From Candidatus Peregrinibacteria bacterium (GTDB taxonomy: Bacteria; Patescibacteriota; Gracilibacteria; UBA1369): a stretch of DNA of 64,000 bases. The stretch covers positions 1,024,001-1,088,000 of the forward strand of contig OY970195.1 of assembly GCA_963708185.1 (NCBI GenBank), written 5' to 3'. The position numbers and the translations under genes are program-made. The notes under the pieces were generated by a model. That model had not been told where the DNA came from. It was given only the letters and a program-made list of their open reading frames with translations, and did not search any database. Every line of letters starts with the position of its first letter. Positions within the stretch are counted from its first letter, which is position 1. Positions 19,701 to 27,521 of this stretch are shown here, piece after piece.

Positions 19701-20786
19701 TTGAAGAATCCCGAACAGGCCGAAGCTTTACAGAAAAAGATGGCACCGGAGGATTTTTCGGTCCTTGAGGCGAACCAGGGAGCTTCGCCGGAAGTCATCG
19801 CTTCCATTGTCCGCGGCGGGGTTGAACTCACCCAGAGCAGCGTCAATGAAAAAGGCGAAACCGTCACCCGAGCCCTTAGAACCTATGGAGGAAAAGAGCT
19901 TGGGCAAGGCATGTATGGCGTCGTTTCCGAAGTTGCCTACGTTGAAAAAGGTTCGACCGAACTGAAATATGGTGTGATGAAACTGCCGCATGCCGGCGAA
20001 GTTGCCAAAGCCAATTTTGCACATGAGGGCGACGCGGCGGGACAGGTCCAAACGCTTGAAGCCCAGTATCATGATAAAGGCGCGAACCATCTCATCAAGC
20101 CGGTCTTTGTTTCCGACAAGGCCATCATTTATGAAAAAGCCGCAGATGAAAACGGCAAGACCGTCAACCTTGAAAAAGGCGTCAAAGACATGAGTGAAGG
20201 CGTATGGCTCAGGCAGTTCGCCGGAGGCGTGGAAGGTCTTTCCTACATGCAGCGTCATGGAATTTCCCACGACGATTTCAAGCCGGGTAATATCGTCATC
20301 GGAGCTGAAGGAGGCGTCCTTATTGATATCGGAAGCAAGGTCAGCCAGCAGGATATCGCGAGCGGCAAGGTGCAAGTGCTACGGACACAAAACGGAAGCA
20401 TGCTCGCCCATTATGTCACTTCCGATGGTGCCGGCGGCTTCAAAACCGACTGGGTCGGTCAGGATCCTGCCTACAACAACGCACACCTTCTCAGCGAGAG
20501 CATCCAGACCGGAAAACCGATGGACATCGGCGACAAATTTGCCGTGGGTCAGTCGTTGCGCTTTTTCCTGGGACAAAAAGGGTATCTCGACGCGACCGGC
20601 AGGATAAGATCCGATGCCCCGGCACACGCCCAGCAGCTGCAGGCCATTGCCGACCGGCTCATGGCCGCCCAGCAGCATCCTTATCAATACATCAACAATA
20701 ATCCCGCCCAGGGATCCGATCCGTATTACGTCCCTCTTGAAGCGGTCGACGGCTGGATACGGACAATTTCTTCTCAACTGCCCTAA
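13746..20786 (+). CDS. Giant multidomain protein (2346 aa): helical N-terminus, Gly/Ala hydrophobic region, GGDEF/palm-like modules, small beta-barrel, C-terminal Ser/Thr protein kinase
   Basis: Kinase motifs GQGMYGVV (aa ~2053), VMKLP, HDDFKPGN (~2175), DIG and GDKFAVG. Palm-like motifs HGGDEIVIL (~1270), FFGDIGNMGPTN (~1292), DAETG (~1677), IDLHNTGAIN (~1717) and RTGGGSF (~1756). N-terminal half homologous to 1082-7234. Confidence 0.88.
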   Translation: MPEIFQPEQAKISSVEKKAAVIDKETKKKTNEQLESELLAKHDVFFKQVDSTDKTFKEADKLKTEEAKKAMGKDKQEIKDLLLKAAQSGEDILAKKEENPNLSTIQQSADRISKLTGTVSENLAFFQDMDKADESLKLAKDSLKAIETYAPSPGQAMPEHAVGWQKRYKSELQNGLANLGEFGAGGYLAKYPSISSPEMKAVYDKIKKGADGAMEHLTDSRMRFLDNYGDKFNTEFDDKGNEKPLSEEQKKVINKLKEVRNGGSGGPQGESYDGYSMMMSLMSSGKMQLESAKTATDNKQRQAFLDTAKENFTDAKHDAYIVGFELSGIDAQNLPDDFAAIYYTMNGNSASVLKEAGDELDKLEKGNSLVDSKDVVDSSEKEYSEGDDSPKKAYETALKIRDGVMDAKEFDLHSPLLGPTVEKALTKLCALKGKLTQVDRATLPREYQARFDALSSTVDANVQELAQVQMVIKNNKLTETINSKNEFNKDGKEYFKMVKKEINGQSVVVVEQTEEFKKLPPEQQKIFLSQYAAVPAEVTLDLTRKMDMKEDKDWNEGLAKFENGDWQGAKKQLLNYCNKFSSNADKSVQVSSATSLLQAIVKIEFQQAKENFQTMADVQSDRGEINGVTREDLGVSVLMGWKKIDAAEGVINSKKCPLTIEEVWSQVGRAGGKDLVVDGISFMDPRVQQRMLAEPDPEKRRANILQLAKAAQDAGMTPFAKKYYEMYFSEQISEKKKTISRDDVVKAFDSKPDSQEQVRAGIKAAHEQAKTKFITERNRRLGLNGYVALNPNDPVILEENKILAKWEADYSANSGDIEQRVRNGIIDDLWTKEAKKAVHKDMMSVPDNVNLNGSKEWKEAYSGHFGVAENISGSSLVFTSDDIRNTAAEIAVGILYLEIAAAAGAITGGMASAAILGGAAEVGAGTLFASEATGFLVEGAVMHSVSVGLNEGAAGFKDTGKFMKGLVTTYATLGIMKGTGSVLGKIGSKGGQAVVEGGSEFVTPFTKGLGETAAGFGKGALKFTGKAVLDSTLMTGISWGSEKILNGKSMSSDALLRAFGDNMVTFMVMGGVHKAVDVGAEGQGPGIKDTKEAKELRDSITRSLEAENNAEKAREIADEARRSSNPDAPKLEKKATQLEHEARDAEAVAKKAIEAERATRLNEMQTKIDAMKKDLEKKDISPEEKKRIEFMVEQFEKIKTDGGALGTSEKALFEEHRTVEVPDPENPGKTKKIDLFENFNSKNFAYSKEMVELMNNYDKLLKEGPKIIKHGGDEIVILHAGPDGKVQMFFGDIGNMGPTNEFALRLKGNNANMVDLYLHDFAEVVKARFKPGQAVDGQALLTEIKTELSKKYFGIESEADFNTMKAQWNLDGTWEDYQRNMGNARILAGFRSSARGLQKEFAEQVGDRPADAARDNKEFADFIQKKIDGLDTGTPPLTEILKKNLSALNKSGALKDLFPDLPEGGGNLNETTLSDILSKPQRTAEDNMLLYFALQRVNAGGISSLEGMDATGVEGARERFGKIKQPASDATLMDFQMAGIDVPKFENRDFNTTDMKFFLDKVLEDGLHEAKKNKEKLNIYQAENPFDQNGELRTDVAGSKENHDAYEKSKNDKKGDIIAQTQKDIHAAEQKLDEISQEVQKILEKKPLNSADTKHLTDLQKQYDALIKKVEADKYKDAETGADRPGKYAENMDFWMRDRNGKPIEKPYQMYREFVIDLHNTGAINGQKGYATTDSAMKLIANFMMTKFPGASSIIRTGGGSFKLVFMDSRQIPMHEGKPISVEAQQSMIKSVLPELNAEVQKIVEADTKTVVDGNVRDATEYFRTRGGKPAAVGEVSLVSSSAVDHEEFASRAKQVGPPRTLFSIFEQRGVEPVPPDESSTLPMAPGESTTLSKAPKVENLPKVGDTVHLLAFDGAVDTFVIESIDKDTGKVRLKEPNSDIFRTVESVKALQGEILRTKIETDRASVPKEDLIRADIASGKLKLDLKNPEQAEALQKKMAPEDFSVLEANQGASPEVIASIVRGGVELTQSSVNEKGETVTRALRTYGGKELGQGMYGVVSEVAYVEKGSTELKYGVMKLPHAGEVAKANFAHEGDAAGQVQTLEAQYHDKGANHLIKPVFVSDKAIIYEKAADENGKTVNLEKGVKDMSEGVWLRQFAGGVEGLSYMQRHGISHDDFKPGNIVIGAEGGVLIDIGSKVSQQDIASGKVQVLRTQNGSMLAHYVTSDGAGGFKTDWVGQDPAYNNAHLLSESIQTGKPMDIGDKFAVGQSLRFFLGQKGYLDATGRIRSDAPAHAQQLQAIADRLMAAQQHPYQYINNNPAQGSDPYYVPLEAVDGWIRTISSQLP

Positions 20787-20816
20787 ACTGATATATAATT
20801 TATTCTCAACAACATT

Positions 20817-21371
20817 ATGGAAAATACTGATTCCCACATTATGGCAAACGACGTCGCCAAAACCATCGGCACCATGACCGAGCAGACGAACAGTGCCCTG
20901 AATCAGGGAGCTACACCTGCCATGAACGACGTGCAACCAATTGATCTCCTGGAATTCCAGGAATCTTTCCGCGAACTTGGCGTGGAGGTCCTTCCGGATT
21001 CGCTCGCAGAAAGTAAACTTGCCGAGTTGAAGAACCAGCTTTATAAGTTGAAGACGCGTTTCCCCGAGGGAACGCACGTTTTGCTTGCTGCGTTTCCATG
21101 CGATGCCAACGGGCGCCTGTATTCCGATGAAGAACTCAAGAACCACGACTATTTCAAGACGCTTTTCGTTGATGAAAAAACGGGGCTTTCGAGCGGATTC
21201 GGTTCATGGACAAACGGTTTTTCAAAACTCCTGCCGAAAGAGATACAGGATCAGTGTTCGTTTACAGTTCATTATTCTTCAATCATGCCTTATTCCGACG
21301 ACAAAGATTTTGAACAGTTCTCGTCGGAGTATAAGAAAGCGTTCCATGCTTTGAAGGCTCTTTTAAGCTAA
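20817..21371 (+). CDS. Hypothetical protein, candidate immunity/partner of the kinase (paralog of 7268-7852)
   Basis: 184-aa ORF 30 bp after the giant gene, with TATAAT at 20794 and blocks shared with 7268-7852. Confidence 0.75.
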   Translation: MENTDSHIMANDVAKTIGTMTEQTNSALNQGATPAMNDVQPIDLLEFQESFRELGVEVLPDSLAESKLAELKNQLYKLKTRFPEGTHVLLAAFPCDANGRLYSDEELKNHDYFKTLFVDEKTGLSSGFGSWTNGFSKLLPKEIQDQCSFTVHYSSIMPYSDDKDFEQFSSEYKKAFHALKALLS

Positions 21372-21395
21372 TCAATATCATCTCACCACGCCACT

Positions 21396-21920
21396 ATGGA
21401 AACAGGTCCCCGACAATCAGTAGAATGGAAAGAGCTTATGGACGCCGCTCCGGAGATGACGCCCCAGCTGAAAACATTATACGAGAAAAAACTTGATCAG
21501 CCCGAAGGTTTCGTTCCTCCGGTCATTCAAACGATGCTTCCCGAAGATATTCTCGAAATCGAAAAAACCATCGAGGCGATCGACCAACAGGTGGCGAGAG
21601 GCATCCCGTCGTATGCTTATTTCAACAAACTGCTCCGCAAAATCCAAGTGCTGATCGCGGAACAGGCTCCGGAATTTTTTGAAAACCTGCCGAAAGATCT
21701 TCAATCAAAACTGCTCTATGCGAAGATTGACATGCCGACGGCCGACGACGTCGAAAAAGAGGTCTTTGACCCCATGGACGCGCCGGGTGGACTTAAAGGA
21801 GGATTGACCTTTGACCTCATGGTCCAGGATATCCTGAATTACAACGAACTGAGCACAAAACTCGCGGAAGCGTACGCCGACTACCGCCGCGAGCATTTGA
21901 AAAAGAAAAAGGTCGCTTAA
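21396..21920 (+). CDS. Hypothetical protein, extra gene of cassette 2
   Basis: 174-aa acidic helical ORF 24 bp after the preceding gene, convergent with nusA. Confidence 0.7.
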   Translation: METGPRQSVEWKELMDAAPEMTPQLKTLYEKKLDQPEGFVPPVIQTMLPEDILEIEKTIEAIDQQVARGIPSYAYFNKLLRKIQVLIAEQAPEFFENLPKDLQSKLLYAKIDMPTADDVEKEVFDPMDAPGGLKGGLTFDLMVQDILNYNELSTKLAEAYADYRREHLKKKKVA

Positions 21921-21926
21921 GAGGAA

Positions 21927-23177
21927 CTACGCCACTTTCTTGACCGCATCCACGAGCAGGTTGGCTTCGTCTTCGCTGATGCCTTCGATGCCCATAAGGT
22001 CTTTCACGGAAAGGCCATGGAGCTGACCCACCTGGCTGAGGTTGGCCTTGGCGAGTTTTTCGACGATTTCGGGAGTGATGCCTTCAAGATCGGCGATGTT
22101 TTCAACGACTTTCTTTTCGCCTTCCGCAGCGGCTCCGCCTCCGAGTTCGCCGACGTCCATGATGTCGAGTTCAAAACCCGTGAGCTTGGAAGCGAGACGG
22201 ACGTTCTGGCCGTTCTTGCCGATGGCCAGCGGACGCTGGTCCGGATTCACGTAGACCTTGGCGCGCTTGGCTTCTTTATCGAGCTGGATAAGCGCGACCT
22301 TGGCCGGTGACAAGGCGGTCTTGATGTACTCTTCCGGATTTTCGTTCCACAAAATGATGTCGATGCGTTCGCCGTTGAGTTCATCCATGACGTTGGCGAC
22401 GCGAACGCCTTTCTGCCCGACGCATGAACCGATCGGATCGATTTTGGGATCGTTGGAGCTTACGGCGACCTTGGAACGGACACCCGGCTCGCGGGCGATG
22501 GCCTTGATTTCCACCAACCCACTTTTGATTTCGGGAATTTCCAGTTCCATCAGTTTCTTGACGAGGTTGGGATGAGTGCGGGATATGAGCAGCTGCGGAC
22601 CTTTGGTCGTCTTAATAACTTTGTCCAGGTACAGCTTGATGCGCTGGCCGCTGTAGTAGCGTTCACGGGGAATCTGCTGATCCGGAGGCAGGATGGTGGT
22701 GATTTTGTTATCCAGGTTCACGTAGACGTTCTGGTTTTCCACGCGGTGAACGAGCGCATTGATGAGTTCGTTTTCACGATCCTTGAAGGTGTCGTACATG
22801 ACCTCGCGTTCCGCTTCCTGGATGCGCTGGATGATGACCTGCTTGGCGGACTGGGCGGCGATGCGACCGTATTCCAGAGGAGTCACGTCAATGCGGACTT
22901 CGTCTCCGGCTTTGGCGTCTTTCTTGTACTTGCGGGCTTCGGCAAGCGTCATTTCCGTTTCCTTGTTTTCGACTTTTTTGACGACATTCTTGATGAGGAA
23001 CACCGTGGCGGACTCTGTTTTATCGCTGAGTTCGACGTCAATATTCTGGTCGCGGTTGCCGTAGTCTTTACGATAGGCGGCGCGCAAAGCGGCTTTGATG
23101 GTTTCCATCACCTTTTCTTTGGGAATACCTTTTTCGTCGCAAAGCTGGTTAATGGCAGCAATGAATTGAGACTGCAT
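21927..23177 (-). CDS. nusA: Transcription termination/antitermination factor NusA
   Basis: YGRIAAQSAKQVIIQRI, S1 and KH domains (AREPGVRSKVAV, DPIGSCVGQKG, AIGKNGQNVRLASKLTG) and C-terminal HhH repeats. Confidence 0.98.
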   Translation of the reverse strand: MQSQFIAAINQLCDEKGIPKEKVMETIKAALRAAYRKDYGNRDQNIDVELSDKTESATVFLIKNVVKKVENKETEMTLAEARKYKKDAKAGDEVRIDVTPLEYGRIAAQSAKQVIIQRIQEAEREVMYDTFKDRENELINALVHRVENQNVYVNLDNKITTILPPDQQIPRERYYSGQRIKLYLDKVIKTTKGPQLLISRTHPNLVKKLMELEIPEIKSGLVEIKAIAREPGVRSKVAVSSNDPKIDPIGSCVGQKGVRVANVMDELNGERIDIILWNENPEEYIKTALSPAKVALIQLDKEAKRAKVYVNPDQRPLAIGKNGQNVRLASKLTGFELDIMDVGELGGGAAAEGEKKVVENIADLEGITPEIVEKLAKANLSQVGQLHGLSVKDLMGIEGISEDEANLLVDAVKKVA

Positions 23178-23395
23178 ACATTATGGTTTTAAAAAATTGT
23201 TTTGAAAAATCCAGGATTCTCATCATGAGTGCATCCAGTTACAGGCCTAATATAGAAGATAATCGGTTTTTTGTAAAGGAAAAGGCTTTGGAGTGTGGCT
23301 TTGATGACAGCCGATGAATGGACGGGGTTTATTGACGCCGGGGCTTTCTATGATAGAATACATCCGTTTTATCGGCTTTATTCCTACTAATTTTC

Positions 23396-24277
23396 ATGTT
23401 TTACGATATGTCCAGATTGCTGAAAACATTTCGTTGGTTTGTGACCTCTGCGTGTTTGTTTGCCATTGCGGCTCCGCTTTGCGCCCAGGCTGCGAGCGGA
23501 AGTTTTTTGATTGCCGGAAAAGAAACGCCGGCGCCGCCGAACCAGATAGATGCTACAACGCTCAAGCTCTACCCGATTCTCAGTTTAAGTACGTCCCAAA
23601 CGCAGGGTACCTCTTCTACTTCAACAACCGACCAATCAGAGATCTATCAACGGTTGAACCCCGATGCCAAAAAGCTTGTCGATGAAAGCGTTGCTGCCGG
23701 TCACCTCCCCACGGACCAACAGTTAAAAAAATTTCCACCGGACATGAAAGAGCTTATTCTTGCGGAAGTCGAACGGCAGCTCCTTGCTAAACAGCAAACC
23801 CAGGAACAGCCCCAGCAACAAAATGGCAACTGGTTCAATGATATTTTTTCCGAATACGGCGTGCAGTTTCTTGCGCTTTTGGTTTCGCTCGTTGGCGTCA
23901 TCCTGGCCATCAGCGGATTCAGCCTCGCCAACTCCAAGAAGAAAAAACACATCGCCAAATTCATGAATGAAATTGACGATGCTTTCAACTCTTTCAAGTG
24001 GAAATCGAAACGCTGCGAGGCTGAACTTTACCGAATGCACGACATCATCGAAGAAAAACTGAAAGAGGGAAAGCTTGATGAGTCTTCCTACCAGCTGCTT
24101 TCCACGAGGATTGAAAAGTATTTGAAGGAGATCCAGGACGTGGACGGAATACCCAACAGCATCAAGTATGCGGCGATGGCCGAGGAACAAAAACGGATGA
24201 AAGGTGGCATGAAAATGGTCGACGAACACCATCATCAGAGTGAAGAGGACGACGATAGGCCGGCTGAACCCGAATAG
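23396..24277 (+). CDS. Hypothetical membrane protein (signal peptide, one TM helix, cytoplasmic helical tail)
   Basis: N-terminal hydrophobic signal ending AQA, TM segment FLALLVSLVGVILAISGFSL followed by KKKK. Confidence 0.7.
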   Translation: MFYDMSRLLKTFRWFVTSACLFAIAAPLCAQAASGSFLIAGKETPAPPNQIDATTLKLYPILSLSTSQTQGTSSTSTTDQSEIYQRLNPDAKKLVDESVAAGHLPTDQQLKKFPPDMKELILAEVERQLLAKQQTQEQPQQQNGNWFNDIFSEYGVQFLALLVSLVGVILAISGFSLANSKKKKHIAKFMNEIDDAFNSFKWKSKRCEAELYRMHDIIEEKLKEGKLDESSYQLLSTRIEKYLKEIQDVDGIPNSIKYAAMAEEQKRMKGGMKMVDEHHHQSEEDDDRPAEPE

Positions 24278-24283
24278 TTTTCA

Positions 24284-24763
24284 TCACGAAACTTTTTTGA
24301 GGGCCTTCATGATTCCTTCATGGTTGAACCCGCGTGAAGCCAGAAAACGGTAAAGTTTTTGTTTCTGTTGAAGAGGAGATTCATCTTTCTTCATGTTCGT
24401 TTTTTTCTTCAATGCTTCTTCAATGAGCGTTTCTTCGTCGATGAGACGGCTGCTGAAAGCTCTGCTGATGGTTGTCTCACTGATCCCTTTCTGACGAAGT
24501 TTCTGTTTTATCAGGCGAAGACCCTGTGGTTTTCGGCGGATCTGTTCTCGGATAAAGAGTTCGGCATACTCCGAATCGTCGAGATATTTGCGGGCGAGAA
24601 AAAGCTCTACAACTTCGCACGTCTCTCTGCTCTGTTCTGGAAACTTTTTTTCAAGCTTCGCGCCGAACTCACTAATACTGTAACGCCTGCGCGCAAGAAT
24701 GGCGCAGGCGTAGTTGAAAATTTTTTTATCCGGTACGGGCTGAAGTTGTTCTTCGGTCTTCAT
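24284..24763 (-). CDS. recX: Regulatory protein RecX
   Basis: LARRRYS, YLDDSEYA, G..IKQKLRQKGI and KLYRFLASRGF; lies directly downstream of recA. Confidence 0.92.
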   Translation of the reverse strand: MKTEEQLQPVPDKKIFNYACAILARRRYSISEFGAKLEKKFPEQSRETCEVVELFLARKYLDDSEYAELFIREQIRRKPQGLRLIKQKLRQKGISETTISRAFSSRLIDEETLIEEALKKKTNMKKDESPLQQKQKLYRFLASRGFNHEGIMKALKKVS

Positions 24764-24789
24764 AAAGCTTCGTTAAGTTTCCGGAGCGT

Positions 24790-25893
24790 CTAAACGTCTT
24801 TGCTGGCGGATGAACGGGCTGAGGTTTTGACAGGCGTTTTTGACGGTACAGCGGCAGGAGTATGGGTCAATCCTGCAGCTTCTTCCCTATGGAGCGTTGC
24901 GACGATTTCGCGGATATCTTTTTCAAGTTCCTTGAGGATTTTCTGGTTGCCATCAAGGAAGCTTTTGGCGTTTTCACGCCCCTGGCCGAGTTTGGTATCC
25001 TTATAGGTGTAGAAGGCTCCGCTCTTTTGCGCGACATCATATTTGGACGCAAGGTCGAGCAGATCTCCGGTATAGGAAATTCCTTTGTTGTAAAGGATAT
25101 CGAATTCCGCAGTGCGGAACGGAGGAGCAATCTTGTTTTTGACGATTTTCACACGGACGCGGTTGCCCGTGATTTTCTTCTCGTCTCCGGTCCCGTCTTC
25201 GATCTTACCGATGTTGCGGATGTCCATGCGAACGGAAGAATAAAACTTGAGGGCCTGTCCACCTGTCGTGGTTTCGGGATTGCCGAACATGATGCCAAGT
25301 TTCATGCGGATCTGGTTGATGAAGATGACGGTGGTCCTGGACTTGCTGATGGCACTGGTGAGTTTGCGCAGAGCCTGACTCATGAGACGGGCCTGCAGGC
25401 CCATGTGAGCGTCTCCCATGTCTCCTTCGATTTCCGCTTTCGGCGTTAACGCCGCCACGGAATCCACCACGATGACATCGATAGCGTTGGAACGCACGAG
25501 CGTTTCGGTAATTTCCAGGGCCTGTTCCCCGCTGTCCGGCTGGGAGATCAAGAGGTTATCGACATCAACGCCGATTTTGCGGGCGTAAACCGGATCAAGC
25601 GCATGTTCCGCGTCGATAAAAGCTACCTGGCCGCCGCGCTTCTGCGCTTCGGCGATAATATGGAGGGTCAACGTCGTCTTTCCGGAACTTTCAGGGCCGA
25701 AAATTTCCACGACACGACCGCGCGGCACACCGCCACCCAGCGCGATATCAAGAGAAATGGACCCTGTGGGAATGGTTTCAACGGCAATTTTCTGGGCTTC
25801 GCCCATTTTCATGATCGCTCCCTTGCCAAAGGTGCGTTCAATCTGAGAAAGCGCGAGTTCAACGGCTTTCTGACGTTCATTGGTGTTCGTCAT
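24790..25893 (-). CDS. recA: Recombinase RecA
   Basis: [39 protein letters not shown] and KNKIAPPF. Confidence 0.99.
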   Translation of the reverse strand: MTNTNERQKAVELALSQIERTFGKGAIMKMGEAQKIAVETIPTGSISLDIALGGGVPRGRVVEIFGPESSGKTTLTLHIIAEAQKRGGQVAFIDAEHALDPVYARKIGVDVDNLLISQPDSGEQALEITETLVRSNAIDVIVVDSVAALTPKAEIEGDMGDAHMGLQARLMSQALRKLTSAISKSRTTVIFINQIRMKLGIMFGNPETTTGGQALKFYSSVRMDIRNIGKIEDGTGDEKKITGNRVRVKIVKNKIAPPFRTAEFDILYNKGISYTGDLLDLASKYDVAQKSGAFYTYKDTKLGQGRENAKSFLDGNQKILKELEKDIREIVATLHREEAAGLTHTPAAVPSKTPVKTSARSSASKDV

Positions 25894-25928
25894 CGTTTTG
25901 AAATTAAGGAAATAAAAATCTACCCATA

Positions 25929-25957
25929 ATTTTAGGTGAGTATATACTCACCGTCAA
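25929..25957 (-). promoter_or_regulatory. recA promoter with 18-bp perfect palindromic operator
   Basis: Minus strand reads TTGACG-17 bp-TAAAAT. The palindrome GGTGAGTATATACTCACC (25935-25952) fills the spacer. Confidence 0.75.
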
Positions 25958-26135
25958 GACCAATTTTGCACGTGCGGCTGTTTTGGCTTACGACAATGCT
26001 AAATCTAGCATAGCGTTTTAACGTTTTTTTCAACGGTTCCTAAATTTTTCCACAATCGGGGAGCGTCAAAGATTTTTTCCTGGCAATTTTTGTCCCGGTC
26101 GTGCACAATGCCTTCCTATTTTTGTCTACGTTGTC

Positions 26136-26645
26136 ATGGAAAAACAGGTTGTTCAGGACGCCGCCGATGAAATCAACAAGCCTGCGGCGGAAGTTCCTCC
26201 CCCCATCGAAGATGAACTTGCCCAGACTATAAGCGTGCGGCCGCCCGCTCTGAAAAAAGAGTCCACGGGCCTTGAAGTCGCCAAGAGGACGGCGCTCCTT
26301 GCCGCCATCAGCGCCACGGTCGCGGCGCTCGTCAAAAAAACGCTCTACCCGTTTGCCGTAAAATACGGACCGAAAAATTTTCCGATCAATGTTCCGGATG
26401 AAGTCGGATTTTTCAGCGGAGGAATTGGCGGCGGAGCGATGTTCCTCTTCCTGCAGCGAAAGGTCAGTTCCCAAAAAATGAGCCGACGAGATTTTTTTCC
26501 GGTGATCGGAGCCGGGATGGGTGCCGTGATCGGGGGAATGATGACCAAACAGCCCACGCTTCATGAAACGCCACAGGATCCGACGAATTCTCCAGCTTCC
26601 CTTCCTGCTCCGACGGAACCTGCACCGTCGAAGATCACGCAATAA
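26136..26645 (+). CDS. Hypothetical membrane protein
   Basis: 169 aa with three short hydrophobic segments and an internal SRRDFF motif. Confidence 0.55.
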   Translation: MEKQVVQDAADEINKPAAEVPPPIEDELAQTISVRPPALKKESTGLEVAKRTALLAAISATVAALVKKTLYPFAVKYGPKNFPINVPDEVGFFSGGIGGGAMFLFLQRKVSSQKMSRRDFFPVIGAGMGAVIGGMMTKQPTLHETPQDPTNSPASLPAPTEPAPSKITQ

Positions 26646-26711
26646 CGCGGTTTCCTTTTGCGGTGCATTTATGGTAGTCTACTCGCACAAAGATGGCTTT
26701 GAACCACGATC

Positions 26712-27512
26712 ATGAACATACTTTTTATCGGCGATATTTTTGGACGACCCGGGCGCAACACCGTGAAAAAACTCCTGCCGGAATATCGTAAAAAACTTGA
26801 TATCCACCTGGTGATCGCCAACGCCGAAAACATGCACCACGGCAAAGGCGTTTCGGAACCACTGATGAAAGAGATGCAAAGCGCCGGGGTGGATTTTTTT
26901 ACGTCCGGGAACCACGTCTGGAAGGTCAGGGAGATTATTCCGCGCATGGACGACCCGAAACTTCCTTTGATCCGCCCGGCGAATTACCCGGAACAGGCTC
27001 CGGGGAAAGGCTACCAGGTCATCGAGGACTCCATGAAACGCCGCGTTCTCGTCATCAACCTGATGGGAAGAGTGTTCATGCCGATGCATCTGGACTGTCC
27101 GTTCCGTACCGCCGACAAAATCCTCGACGAGTTCGAAAACGATGACCAGATTTCGGCGATTTTCGTGGACTTCCACGCGGAAACGACGTCCGAAAAAATG
27201 GCTTTGGCCCACTATCTGGACGGACGCGTCACCGCGGTGATCGGTACCCATACCCATGTTCCCACCTACGACGCGAGAGTTCTCGGGGGTGGTACGGCAT
27301 TCCAAAGTGATGTAGGATTTACTGGTCCGATCGATTCGGTGATCGGTCTTGAAAAAGAGGGCATCATCCAGAACTTCATCACACAGGTTCCGCATAAACA
27401 CGAGGTCGCCACCGGCGACACCGTGTTCAACGCCATCAAAATCGAAATCGATGACAAGACCCGCAAAGCCCTTTCCGTTGAACAAATTCAAAAGTATCTT
27501 GAAGACCTTTAA
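26712..27512 (+). CDS. YmdB/TIGR00282-family metallophosphoesterase
   Basis: ILFIGDIFGRPGR, IANAEN, TSGNHVW, VDFHAETTSEK and GTHTHVPT. Confidence 0.93.
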   Translation: MNILFIGDIFGRPGRNTVKKLLPEYRKKLDIHLVIANAENMHHGKGVSEPLMKEMQSAGVDFFTSGNHVWKVREIIPRMDDPKLPLIRPANYPEQAPGKGYQVIEDSMKRRVLVINLMGRVFMPMHLDCPFRTADKILDEFENDDQISAIFVDFHAETTSEKMALAHYLDGRVTAVIGTHTHVPTYDARVLGGGTAFQSDVGFTGPIDSVIGLEKEGIIQNFITQVPHKHEVATGDTVFNAIKIEIDDKTRKALSVEQIQKYLEDL

Positions 27513-27521
27513 TTTTCTTTC

